Assembly (NCBI GenBank): GCA_949285605.1
Contig: CASDZI010000005.1
Location: forward strand, 14,508-78,507
Origin: an uncultured Christensenella sp.
GTDB taxonomy: Bacteria; Bacillota; Clostridia; Christensenellales; DTU072
Reading direction: 5' to 3'
Length of the DNA stretch: 64,000 bases
Each line of letters opens with the position of its first letter. The stretch's first letter is position 1. Positions 1-9,142 of the stretch are shown piece by piece. Position numbers and translations under genes: made by a program. The notes under the pieces are model-generated. The model saw only the letters and a program-made list of their open reading frames with translations, was not told the DNA's origin and searched no databases.

Positions 1-692
1 TGCGCGAGGACGAAGCCACGGTATATATCGATACGTCGGGGGCAGGGCTACATAAAAGGGGCTACCGCAATCTGGTGGGAGAAGCGCCGCTTAAAGAAAC
101 TCTCGCCTGCGGACTGTTGCTTTTGTCGGACTTTTCGGCAGAAAGACCCCTCGTCGATCCCTTCTGCGGTTCGGGGACGATAATTACCGAAGCCGCAAGA
201 ATGGCTCTCGGCATAGCCCCCGGCAAGGGGCGTTCCTTCCACTACGCCGACTGGAAAAAATTCGATAAAACCGTCTTTAACATCGCCCTCGAGGAAGCGG
301 CGGACAACGAAAAATTGCGAAAGCTGGACTTTGCCGGGTATGATGCAGACCCTGCTGCGATAAAACTCAGTCTATGCCACGCAAAACAAGCGGGCGTAAG
401 CGATTACGTTCATTTCCAGGTACGGAACGTAAGCGAATTCAGTTCGGCGAAAAAATACGGCTGTATCGTCACCAATCCCCCCTACGGCGAACGTCTCCTT
501 TCGGCTCGGGAAGTGGAAAAATTGTACAAAATTTTCGGGGACGTCTGTAAAAAAATCCCCGACTGGTCGATAAACGTAATAACTTCCTTCCCGCAGTTCG
601 AAAAATATTTCGGCAGAAAATGCGACAAAAACCGTAAGTTCTTCAATGCGGGAAAAGAGTGCCGTTATTACTCTTTTGTTCCGAAAATATAA
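1..692 (+). CDS. THUMP-associated class I SAM-dependent RNA methyltransferase (RlmL/YpsC-like), 5' end cut by the window edge
   Basis: The frame of ORF 75..692 stays open back to base 3 (..AGLHKRGYRNLVGEAPLKETLA..). It carries the SAM-binding motif DPFCGSGT and the catalytic NPPYGERL motif. Confidence 0.85.
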   Translation, partial: REDEATVYIDTSGAGLHKRGYRNLVGEAPLKETLACGLLLLSDFSAERPLVDPFCGSGTIITEAARMALGIAPGKGRSFHYADWKKFDKTVFNIALEEAADNEKLRKLDFAGYDADPAAIKLSLCHAKQAGVSDYVHFQVRNVSEFSSAKKYGCIVTNPPYGERLLSAREVEKLYKIFGDVCKKIPDWSINVITSFPQFEKYFGRKCDKNRKFFNAGKECRYYSFVPKI

Positions 693-762
693 CTTTTTTT
701 CTCCCTTAAAGCGACCTTTACCGTCCTCTGCTCAATTCGATATTTTGCAAAACGATTCGTTA

Positions 763-792
763 TTGACACAGAATGTTGAATTATGTTATATA
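763..792 (+). promoter_or_regulatory. Candidate sigma-A promoter for the lipoprotein array
   Basis: TTGACA (763-768), an 18-nt spacer, then an extended -10 TGtTATATA (784-792), about 90 nt upstream of the ATG at 882. Confidence 0.35.
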
Positions 793-881
793 TAAGTTAT
801 AAAGGTATATAGAATTTTATCCCTTTTTCTTACCGCAGACAAAACAGCCGATCGCAAAAAAATCTTTCAAAGAGGTGCATT

Positions 882-1667
882 ATGAAACGCAAAATAATTT
901 CCATTTTAGTGGTGATTTTGACCTTTACCGTCCTTTTTTGCCTGACCGCCTGCACCCAAGAGGAAGAAACTCCGGAGTATATCGAAGGAGCGTTCTATTC
1001 CCTGCAGGAAGCGTACGACAACGGCTGGATAACCGAGGAAAATCTGCAGAGCATAGCCGACTTATACCACAACAAGCAGACCGCTCCGGAAATCGACATA
1101 TCCGAAGCCGTCTCCTATTCCATAAGGAAAACTTTCGCCGACGAATGGAACACTCCCATTGATATAGAAGATGTGTTTTATGAGTATTACGGTGAGTATA
1201 ACGGCTGCTTTGCCGTAGACGTTTCAACAAAAGATATGGTTGTAGATGGCTCTATGTTTGTCGAAACCATAGGTAACGTAAGCATTACTTATAATACCGG
1301 TAGTAGTAGAATAGAAATTTGGAAAGAAGCAAAAGGCGAATTTTTCTCTTTGCAAAATGCTTACGACAAGGGCTGGATTTCTTCCGAGAACTTGCAGTCT
1401 GTCGCTGAACTATATAACGCCAAAAATACCGCAGAAAATAATTTGCCTGAAGTTATTTCCACCGCCATCAAAAACGATTATGCCGTAAAAATCAACACAT
1501 CTGCGGATAATGTTTCCTATGACTTTTACGGAGAGTACAATGGCTGTATTGCCGTAATGATGTTTTCCTCAACGGAAGAGTTTCCCGACGTTATGACGGA
1601 CGTAACCGTAGGCGAAGTAACGATACATTATACCGACGGTAACAAAATTCTTATTTGGAAACAATAA
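882..1667 (+). CDS. Lipoprotein of unknown function, type A, two tandem copies of a ~125-aa domain
   Basis: RBS AGAGGTG. Signal peptide with lipobox LTAC. There is an internal duplication (GAFYSLQEAYDNGWITEENLQSIADLY.. versus GEFFSLQNAYDKGWISSENLQSVAELY..; both halves end ..YGEYNGC.AV....IWK). Confidence 0.8.
   Translation: MKRKIISILVVILTFTVLFCLTACTQEEETPEYIEGAFYSLQEAYDNGWITEENLQSIADLYHNKQTAPEIDISEAVSYSIRKTFADEWNTPIDIEDVFYEYYGEYNGCFAVDVSTKDMVVDGSMFVETIGNVSITYNTGSSRIEIWKEAKGEFFSLQNAYDKGWISSENLQSVAELYNAKNTAENNLPEVISTAIKNDYAVKINTSADNVSYDFYGEYNGCIAVMMFSSTEEFPDVMTDVTVGEVTIHYTDGNKILIWKQ
946..1217 (+). repeat. Dispersed direct repeat, copy 1 (partner 3086..3357)
   Basis: About 270 nt nearly identical to 3086..3357 (offset 2140). 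The few differences in the first ~180 nt are synonymous. Confidence 0.9.
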
Positions 1668-1700
1668 TTTGTTATTTCATCAAAAAGGGAGAAAACAGCT

Positions 1701-2321
1701 ATGAAAAGGTCGCTTTTAATACCCATAGTCCTTTTGGTAACCGTTTTATCCGTTGCCCTTTCGGCGTGTTTTTATTCCTACATGCCCTGCCCTGCTATAT
1801 ATTATGACAGCGTGGAAGAACTCGAAGCAAGACTCCCCGATTTTTATTATTTTGACGATTTTACAATAGAAATAACTTTACAATCATGTTTTTCTTCCTC
1901 CGACGAATGGGTAAAAACCGCTTACCAGGATTATTCCGAGGTTCATTTTAATTCATATACGATATATTATGACATTCCTGAAAAGGAAAACGAGAATTAC
2001 TTTTTGATAAATTGCCACGAAATTAAAGAAGGCGCTTCTACCGAGAACGTCGCCTCTGCGGATTCCGATACATCTTATCCGATAAATATCGACGGAATAG
2101 AATGTTTCTTTGCCACTAAATTATCAGAGTATGAAGGTTACCGTACCGTTACTATGGGAATAGGCTTTAATATCGAAAATTGCTATTACAATATAATTTT
2201 GTACCAAACACAAAAAAACTCTACTTCAGAAAACGAACCCTTTAATTATGAATATACTTTAGACGACTTTCCGGAAATGGTCACACCCGCAATAATCAAC
2301 AGACATAAAGGAGGTGTTTAG
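1701..2321 (+). CDS. Lipoprotein of unknown function, type B (paralog 1)
   Basis: Signal peptide plus lipobox LSAC followed by the conserved FYSYMPCP. C-terminus is ..PAIINRHKGG. Paralogous to 2321..2980 and 3579..4217. Confidence 0.8.
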   Translation: MKRSLLIPIVLLVTVLSVALSACFYSYMPCPAIYYDSVEELEARLPDFYYFDDFTIEITLQSCFSSSDEWVKTAYQDYSEVHFNSYTIYYDIPEKENENYFLINCHEIKEGASTENVASADSDTSYPINIDGIECFFATKLSEYEGYRTVTMGIGFNIENCYYNIILYQTQKNSTSENEPFNYEYTLDDFPEMVTPAIINRHKGGV

Positions 2322-2980
2322 TGAAACGTCAATTTTTTACCTACGGTAAAATCTTCACCTTGGCGACCATCGTAATTCTTTCCGTTACCACCCTTTCGGC
2401 GTGTTTTTATTCCTACATGCCCTGCCCTCATCGTTATTTCGACACCTATGAAGAATTGCAACAAACCCACCCCGAGTTCTACTACTTCGACGATCTCGGC
2501 GATAAATTCGAATACGAATTGAATTCCGTTTCCTATGACGGAAAAATCAGAACCAACAACAACGGTGCGGAAATAGACTATTCTCGCTTTAATCCCCTCG
2601 GATATATAATTTTTTATAAGATGAATACTCCCTCGGAATCCGGTGAATCTGTCTCATTAAGAGTTATGTCTATGACAAACCCTCGTCAACCGAACACGTT
2701 GGTAACGGATTTCGATACAAATTTAACCGTGGATAATATCGATTGCCGATTTGGAAAGAATATGACTGCTCACGAGGAAACGGATTATTCATATTATTTA
2801 GCTTTAACTTTCGAATTGGAAAACGTAAATTACGCCTTTGTGTTGATTGAATCGTATAATCCCGAAAAATTTGATCCTACAGACCCTACAATAGAAGAAC
2901 CTTTCATACAAAACTTTATCGACTTGGTCTCGCACGCAATAATTAACAGACATAAAGGAGGTGAGACCAATGTGCTATAA
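2321..2980 (+). CDS. Lipoprotein of unknown function, type B (paralog 2)
   Basis: The GTG start overlaps the upstream TAG by 1 nt. Its SD (AAAGGAGGTG) lies inside the last codons of the upstream gene. Lipobox LSAC plus FYSYMPCP; C-terminal AIINRHKGG. Confidence 0.8.
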   Translation: MKRQFFTYGKIFTLATIVILSVTTLSACFYSYMPCPHRYFDTYEELQQTHPEFYYFDDLGDKFEYELNSVSYDGKIRTNNNGAEIDYSRFNPLGYIIFYKMNTPSESGESVSLRVMSMTNPRQPNTLVTDFDTNLTVDNIDCRFGKNMTAHEETDYSYYLALTFELENVNYAFVLIESYNPEKFDPTDPTIEEPFIQNFIDLVSHAIINRHKGGETNVL

Positions 2981-3018
2981 CTATTTTATATAAAAATTTA
3001 ATATAGGGAGGTATTTCA

Positions 3019-3477
3019 ATGAAAAAAACTTTACTTGCAATATCCGTAATAATAATAACCGTAATTTCCTTATCGGCTGTTCTGTGCGCCTGCACCCAAG
3101 AGGAAGAAACTCCGGAGTATATCGAAGGAGCGTTCTATTCATTGCAGGAAGCGTACGACAACGGCTGGATAACCGAGGAAAATCTACAGAGCATAGCCGA
3201 CTTATACCACAACAAGCAGACCGCCCCGGAAATCGACATATCCGAAGCCGTCTCCTATTCCATAAGAAAAACCTACGCCGAGCAATGGAAAACGCCTCGT
3301 GATATAGAAGATGTGTTTTATGAGTATTATGGCGAGTATAACGGCTGTTTTGCCGTTTATGTTTCAGCAAAAGATATGGCTGTGAGCGGTGACGTGGAAA
3401 TCGAAACCATAGGGAACGTCAGCATTACTTATACCGACGGCGGCAGAATAAAAATTTGGAAAATATCAGAGGGCTGA
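3019..3477 (+). CDS. Lipoprotein of unknown function, type A, single-domain paralog
   Basis: RBS GGGAGG. Lipobox LCAC. The 60 residues after the lipobox Cys are identical to those of the 882..1667 product. Confidence 0.8.
   Translation: MKKTLLAISVIIITVISLSAVLCACTQEEETPEYIEGAFYSLQEAYDNGWITEENLQSIADLYHNKQTAPEIDISEAVSYSIRKTYAEQWKTPRDIEDVFYEYYGEYNGCFAVYVSAKDMAVSGDVEIETIGNVSITYTDGGRIKIWKISEG
3086..3357 (+). repeat. Dispersed direct repeat, copy 2 (partner 946..1217)
   Basis: See 946..1217. Confidence 0.9.
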
Positions 3478-3578
3478 TTTTCTTATACGCAGACAGTTTA
3501 CGGCATGAAACTTGCCGACGGGAACAAAATATCTATCTGAAATAAATTATTATTTCATCAAAAAGGGAGAAAACAGCT

Positions 3579-4217
3579 ATGAAACGGTCGCTTTTAATAC
3601 TCATAGTCCTTTGGGTAACCGTTTTATCCGTTGCCCTTTCGGCGTGTTTTTATTCCTACATGCCCTGCCCTCGTCGTTATTTCGACACTTATGAAGAATT
3701 GCAACAAACCCACCCCGAGTTCTACTACTTCGACGATTTCAGCAATGAATTCGAATACGGAGGAGATAATTTCTTTTTCTATGACGGAGAAATCAGAACC
3801 GACTACAACGGTGCGGAAATAGACTATTCTCGCTTTAATCCCCTCGGATACGCAATATTTTTTATGCCGATTCAGCACTCGGAATCTGTCGAACCTGTCG
3901 AATTGTATGTCTTGTCTATGACAAACCCTCGTCAACCGAATACGGGGGTAACGGATTTCGATACAAATTTAACCGTGGATAATATCGATTGCCGATTGGG
4001 AACGAATATCATTCCTGAAGAGAAAACGGAAAACTATTTATATTATTTAGCTTTAACTTTCGAATTAGAAAACGTAAATTACGCCTTTGTGTTGATTGAA
4101 TCGTATGATCCCAAAAAATTTGATCCTACAGACCCGACAATAGAAGAAACTTCCGTAGAAAACTTTATCGACTTGGTCACACCCGCAATAATCAACAGAC
4201 ATAAAGGAATTACTTAA
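3579..4217 (+). CDS. Lipoprotein of unknown function, type B (paralog 3, chimeric)
   Basis: Leader plus signal peptide (3550..3668) match 1672..1790. The mature part matches the 2321..2980 product (..RYFDTYEELQQTHPEFYYFDD.., ..YYLALTFELENVNYAFVLIESY..). Confidence 0.8.
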   Translation: MKRSLLILIVLWVTVLSVALSACFYSYMPCPRRYFDTYEELQQTHPEFYYFDDFSNEFEYGGDNFFFYDGEIRTDYNGAEIDYSRFNPLGYAIFFMPIQHSESVEPVELYVLSMTNPRQPNTGVTDFDTNLTVDNIDCRLGTNIIPEEKTENYLYYLALTFELENVNYAFVLIESYDPKKFDPTDPTIEETSVENFIDLVTPAIINRHKGIT

Positions 4218-4277
4218 TTTCGTTTCCGCTTTTCCCTTCGTCAAATTTGAAATTGATATCCTTACGGATTAAAAATA

Positions 4278-4313
4278 ACGCTCCGCCGTAAAGCGGAGCG
4301 TTTGTGTTTTTTT
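4278..4313. terminator. Bidirectional rho-independent terminator
   Basis: Stem AACGCTCCGC / GCGGAGCGTT with a 5-nt loop, flanked by an A-run upstream and TGTGTTTTTTT downstream. It sits between convergent genes. Confidence 0.75.
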
Positions 4314-6183
4314 AGGACAGTTCGGCGAGGCCTTTGTAGAGTTCGTAGTACTTGCCTTTCTTTTCGATAAGCTGCTCGTGGGTACCTCTTTCGATTATCT
4401 TGCCGTGTTCCAGTACCATTATGGCGGAACTGTTCTTGACGGTGGAAAGACGGTGCGCTATGACGAATACCGTCCTGCCCTGCATGAGTTTGTCCATTCC
4501 GTCCTCTATCAGTTTTTCGGTACGGGTATCTATGGAAGAGGTCGCTTCGTCCAGAATAAGGACGGGCGGATCGGCTACGGCGGCTCTGGCTATGCTCAAT
4601 AGCTGTCTTTGTCCCTGGCTCAGATTGGCGCCGTTACCGGTAAGCATGGTCTGATACCCTTCGGGCAGACGGGTTATGAAGGAATGAGCGTTCGCCAGCC
4701 GTGCGGCGGCTATGCACTCTTCGTCGGTAGCGTCCAGTTTGCCGTAACGGATATTGTCCATGACCGTTCCCGTAAAGAGGTTGGTGTCCTGCAAGACCAT
4801 TCCGAGAGACCGCCTGAGGTCGGCTTTCTTTATCTTGTTTATATTGATGTCGTCGTATCTTATCTTCCCGTCGGGCACGTCGTAAAAACGGTTGATAAGG
4901 TTGGTTATCGTGGTTTTGCCCGCTCCCGTGGAACCGACGAAAGCTACTTTCTGTCCCGCTTTAGCGTAAAGCGTTATCCCGTCGAGTACTATCTTGTCCG
5001 GTTCGTATCCGAAAGTCACGTTGTCGAAAGTGACCTTTCCTTTAAGTTCGGTATAAGTTACCGTCCCGTCGGCTTTATGCGGATGTTTCCACGCCCACAT
5101 TCCCGTGCGGAGATCGCTTTCCTTTATCTCGTCCCCGTCCTTTTCGATATTCACCAGCGTGACGTACCCTTCGTCCACTTCTTCCGGTTCGTCCAGTATC
5201 TTGAATATCCTCTCCGCTCCCGCCAAAGCGAGAAGCACATTATTGAATTGCATACTTATCTGCGTTATCGGTTGCGAAACGGTACGGGTATATTGCAGGA
5301 ACGCCACCACCGTGCCTATCGTCACCGCTATCGACAGCTCGGGGTGCATAATAAGAAGCGACCCCACCAAAGCCACCAGGACGTACATTATATAACTCAT
5401 ATTGCCCATAATAGGCATCAGAATGTTGGCGCAGGTGTTGGCTGTGGTAGCGTTGGAACAAAGGACGTCGTTTATTTCAAAGAACCTTTCCTTGGTCTTT
5501 TCCTCGTGGCAAAACACCTTCACCACTTTCTGCCCTTCGATAAGTTCCTCGATATAGCCGTTGACGTCGCCGAGGGATTTTTGTTGCTTGACGAAATACC
5601 GTCCGCTCACTCCGCCGAGTTTTGCCACGAATACCACCATTACCGCAATTATCGCAAACACCAGCAAGGTCAGTATGGGACTTAACACCAGCATCGCAAC
5701 GACCACGCCTATGACCGTGACCGAAGAGTTTATAAGCTGCGGTAAGGCGTTGGAGATCATTTCCCTCAACGTATCGGTATCGTTGGTGAAACGGCTCATC
5801 AGTTCCCCGTGGGTGTGGGTGTCGTAGTATTTTATGGGCAGTTTCTGCAAATGGTCGAACAGTTTGGTACGGATATTGTAAAGCGTTCCGCTCGTTACGT
5901 AAACCATTATCCTCGTGTAAGCGAAGGAGCAAAGTATACCCGTCAGGTAGATCGCCGCCATTATGCCGAGGGAAGCAAAAAACGGCGTCAGATCGGGATC
6001 TTTCAGCCCCTGTAAAGGTTCGATGTAGCTGTCGAGGGCTATTTTGATATACATAGTGCCCAGCACGTTTACTGCGGCGCTGGTTATTATACACACCAAA
6101 ACCGCCGCCAAAGCCCACTTGTAAGGTTTAAGTTCTTTCAGAAGTCTCTTGAAAGTAGGAAGGGAAGTTCTTTTGGCTCTCAT
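4312..6183 (-). CDS. ABC exporter, fused permease/ATPase subunit (multidrug/lipid exporter type)
   Basis: N-terminal six-TM domain. Walker A GSTGAGKTT, signature LSQGQRQL, Walker B LILDEATS. Confidence 0.9.
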   Translation of the reverse strand: MRAKRTSLPTFKRLLKELKPYKWALAAVLVCIITSAAVNVLGTMYIKIALDSYIEPLQGLKDPDLTPFFASLGIMAAIYLTGILCSFAYTRIMVYVTSGTLYNIRTKLFDHLQKLPIKYYDTHTHGELMSRFTNDTDTLREMISNALPQLINSSVTVIGVVVAMLVLSPILTLLVFAIIAVMVVFVAKLGGVSGRYFVKQQKSLGDVNGYIEELIEGQKVVKVFCHEEKTKERFFEINDVLCSNATTANTCANILMPIMGNMSYIMYVLVALVGSLLIMHPELSIAVTIGTVVAFLQYTRTVSQPITQISMQFNNVLLALAGAERIFKILDEPEEVDEGYVTLVNIEKDGDEIKESDLRTGMWAWKHPHKADGTVTYTELKGKVTFDNVTFGYEPDKIVLDGITLYAKAGQKVAFVGSTGAGKTTITNLINRFYDVPDGKIRYDDININKIKKADLRRSLGMVLQDTNLFTGTVMDNIRYGKLDATDEECIAAARLANAHSFITRLPEGYQTMLTGNGANLSQGQRQLLSIARAAVADPPVLILDEATSSIDTRTEKLIEDGMDKLMQGRTVFVIAHRLSTVKNSSAIMVLEHGKIIERGTHEQLIEKKGKYYELYKGLAELS

Positions 6184-6185
6184 GA

Positions 6186-7916
6186 TTATTCCTCCTCCTT
6201 ATTCATTTGCGAATAGTAAACTTCACGGTAAATCTCGTTATTTGCCAGCAAATCTTCGTGTGTGCCCACGGCGTTGATCTCTCCGTTATCGAGGACGATT
6301 ATCTTATCGGCTTCCATGACCGAGGCTATCCTCTGAGCGATTATTATGGTGGTCATTCCCTTGAGATTTTCTTTCAGAGCCGTCCTTATGCTACGGTCGG
6401 TAGCCGTATCCACGGCGCTGGTGGAGTCGTCAAGGATCATTACGAGAGGCTTTTTCAATAACGCCCTCGCTATGCAAAGACGCTGTTTTTGTCCGCCCGA
6501 GACGTTGACGCCGCCCTGTCCGAGGTCGGTATCGAACTTGTCGGGGAAGTCGTTGACGAAGTCGTATGCGCAAGCCGTGCGGCAGGCCTGCTCGATCTCT
6601 TCGTCGGTGGCGTGCTCGTTGCCCCACAGCAAATTCTCTTTGATGGTACCCGAGAAGAGGACGTTTTTCTGCAAGACCATTGCCACTGCGTCACGCAGGA
6701 CTTTCAGATCGTACTCCTTTACGTTCCTGCCGCCCACGAGGACTTCTCCCTTCGTGGCGTCGTAAAGTCTCGGAATAAGCTGTACCAAAGTGCTTTTCGC
6801 CGAACCCGTACCGCCGAGGACGCCTACCGTTTCTCCGCTCTCTATCCTTAGATTAACGTCTTTCAACGCCGCGTTCTCGCTGTTGCGGTAACAGAAAGTC
6901 ACGTCCTTGAATTCTATCGAACCGTCTTTCGGCGCAGTCATAACGGGATTTTCCGGATCGGCTATGTCGGGCTGTTCACGGAATACTTCCACTATTCTCT
7001 GAGCCGACGCTTTGGATAAAAGTAACATTACGAAAACCATCGCCAGCATCATAAGGCTCATCATTATCTGCATGACGTACGTCAAGAAACTGGTCAGCTC
7101 CCCTACCGTCATACTGCCGCCGATTATGGACGTGCCGCCGAGATATATTATCAGAATAATACAGGAATATACCACCAGCATCATTAAAGGCATGGCTACC
7201 GAAATAAGTTTCTCGGCTTTGATCTGCGCTCTGCGGAGTTCTTCGGCAGACTTACGGAATTTCTCGCTTTCGTGATTTTCCCTTACGAAAGTTTTGACCA
7301 CCCTTATGCCTGCGAGGTCTTCCTGAACGCTGGCGTTGATGAGGTCGTATTTTTTCAGCATACGGATAAATCTCGGATATGCCAAAGCGGAAAATAAGGC
7401 TATAGCGCCTCCCAATACAGGTATAGCCACAAGAAAAATCAAAGCCAGTTCCCAGTTTATTCCGATAGCGAAAGCCGTCGCGCATATAAGCATGACGGGA
7501 GACCGAACCATTATACGCATCATCATCATAAATGCGTTCTGCACGTTGGTAACGTCGGTAGTAAGTCTGGTTATCAGCGACGGAGTGGAAAACTTGTCTA
7601 TGTTGGCAAAAGAATAATCCTGTACTTTGGAAAAAAGCGCATTACGCAAATTTTTGGCAAAACCCACGCCAGCCACCGCGCTCGTGCGTCCGGCAAGTCC
7701 TCCGAAACAAAGACTGGTAAACGCCATCGCAAGCATTATAAGTCCCATTTTTACCACATAAGAAACGCCTCCGTCGCCTTCTATGCCGACGTCGATGAGC
7801 TTGCTTATGACGAAAGGAATACTTACTTCTATGGCGACTTCACACACTACCAGAAGCGGCGTAAGAATAGCTAATTTCTTATATTTCCCTATATTTTTAC
7901 CCAATTCTTTGAGCAT
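6186..7916 (-). CDS. ABC exporter, fused permease/ATPase subunit (partner of 4312..6183)
   Basis: Walker A GGTGSAKST, signature VSGGQKQR, Walker B MILDDSTS. Only 2 nt separate it from the downstream partner gene. Confidence 0.9.
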   Translation of the reverse strand: MLKELGKNIGKYKKLAILTPLLVVCEVAIEVSIPFVISKLIDVGIEGDGGVSYVVKMGLIMLAMAFTSLCFGGLAGRTSAVAGVGFAKNLRNALFSKVQDYSFANIDKFSTPSLITRLTTDVTNVQNAFMMMMRIMVRSPVMLICATAFAIGINWELALIFLVAIPVLGGAIALFSALAYPRFIRMLKKYDLINASVQEDLAGIRVVKTFVRENHESEKFRKSAEELRRAQIKAEKLISVAMPLMMLVVYSCIILIIYLGGTSIIGGSMTVGELTSFLTYVMQIMMSLMMLAMVFVMLLLSKASAQRIVEVFREQPDIADPENPVMTAPKDGSIEFKDVTFCYRNSENAALKDVNLRIESGETVGVLGGTGSAKSTLVQLIPRLYDATKGEVLVGGRNVKEYDLKVLRDAVAMVLQKNVLFSGTIKENLLWGNEHATDEEIEQACRTACAYDFVNDFPDKFDTDLGQGGVNVSGGQKQRLCIARALLKKPLVMILDDSTSAVDTATDRSIRTALKENLKGMTTIIIAQRIASVMEADKIIVLDNGEINAVGTHEDLLANNEIYREVYYSQMNKEEE

Positions 7917-7953
7917 AATTCACCTCTCAGTCGGTGTACCGACTAATATCTAT

Positions 7954-7982
7954 ATTTTACTCCCGATTCTTCGTTAACGCAA
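7954..7982 (-). promoter_or_regulatory. Candidate sigma-A promoter of the ABC exporter operon
   Basis: Minus strand: TTGCGT, 17-nt spacer, TAAAAT. Confidence 0.35.
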
Positions 7983-8026
7983 CCGAAGCGACGCCTTTAA
8001 CGGAAAAAGAGTAGTTAAAAACCGAT

Positions 8027-8061
8027 AAAAAAACGGATACCCGTAATAAACGGAATATCCG
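8027..8061 (-). terminator. Candidate terminator after the metallophosphoesterase gene
   Basis: Minus strand: stem CGGATA/TATCCG with a 16-nt loop, followed by T7. Confidence 0.4.
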
Positions 8062-8082
8062 GGAAAGGTTCTTCGTCCTTAC

Positions 8083-9126
8083 TTATTCGTAAATTTCCAC
8101 CGGGGTGGTGAGCGGTTCCAACGCCACGTCGAAAGTACCGTTGTCGCCTATCGTTATCAGCGTTCCGCCTCGGTTTGTGTATTTTTTCTTGATACCGGGG
8201 TAAGCGAGATAATCTATCGCCATTCCGTAAGTAAGCCTTATCCCTTTATAGGTCATGGAAATATTGTTCAGGTGGTCGTGTCCGCAGAATATACCTTTAC
8301 AACTGCCGAACTTAACCATTTCTTCGAAGAAATTTCCTTTTTTACGACGGGAGAAACCTACGTGGTCGTTGATTTCGGCAATGGTTCCGCAGTGATAAGT
8401 CACTTCGTCGGTCTTACCCATTTTCAGTTTCGCCCAGGCGTCCTGATATTCTTTGGGCGGCATATGCATAAACGCCAGACTGGGTACGGGATCGGTATAA
8501 CCGTCCATTTTCTTGATTTCCTCTATATACCAGGCTATCTGGTCGTCGTGGACGTTGTCGAAAGTGGAGAAAAACGACTTCTTAAGATACATATTGCTGT
8601 CCAGCATAACGAGAGCCATCTCCGTCTTGCCTTCGGGAGAATCGATTTTTACGATGTGGTTGCCCGTGCCGTAAACTCCGGGCGCGCCGTCTGTTAAAAG
8701 GCAGTTGTCGAGGGAGGAATAGTACTCGAGAAGTTCTTTCCTCGTATGAGTGGCAAACGGCTCGGTATCGTGATTGCCGAAGGTCATCGTCCAGGGTATG
8801 CCGAATTTTTCCATCAGGTTCCCGACGTATTTTGACTCCTTCATATTGTTTATCGTCCCCGAAAAAATCGGTATGGGATAGATGTTGTCGCCGGTAAGTA
8901 TGATGAAATCGGGTTTTACTCTCTCCACGAGCGTAACCACGGCGTTGTGGGCGAGTTTGTCTTTCTTTATGCTCAAAAAGCCTCTCCCGAAATGTAAATC
9001 GGTCAGCTGCAATATGCGGAAGTCTTTCCCGGGTTGCTTGGTAAAGACCGAATATCCGTCTTTGAATTCGGGTTTAAGTCCGTCGTTGACCACTTTTTTC
9101 GCTTCCAGAAGTTCGATGCGTGCCAT
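8083..9126 (-). CDS. Calcineurin-like metallophosphoesterase
   Basis: Motifs LTDLHFG, GDNIYP, GNHD and GHDH, in the canonical order. Confidence 0.85.
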   Translation of the reverse strand: MARIELLEAKKVVNDGLKPEFKDGYSVFTKQPGKDFRILQLTDLHFGRGFLSIKKDKLAHNAVVTLVERVKPDFIILTGDNIYPIPIFSGTINNMKESKYVGNLMEKFGIPWTMTFGNHDTEPFATHTRKELLEYYSSLDNCLLTDGAPGVYGTGNHIVKIDSPEGKTEMALVMLDSNMYLKKSFFSTFDNVHDDQIAWYIEEIKKMDGYTDPVPSLAFMHMPPKEYQDAWAKLKMGKTDEVTYHCGTIAEINDHVGFSRRKKGNFFEEMVKFGSCKGIFCGHDHLNNISMTYKGIRLTYGMAIDYLAYPGIKKKYTNRGGTLITIGDNGTFDVALEPLTTPVEIYE

Positions 9127-9142
9127 TTGTCCTCCGTTGTGT

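Noticed and set aside
925-3370. Two similar antisense ORFs (925..1230 and 2981..3370)
   Set aside because: Their similarity only reflects the duplicated type-A lipoprotein segment on the plus strand. Both are R/C-rich with no start context.
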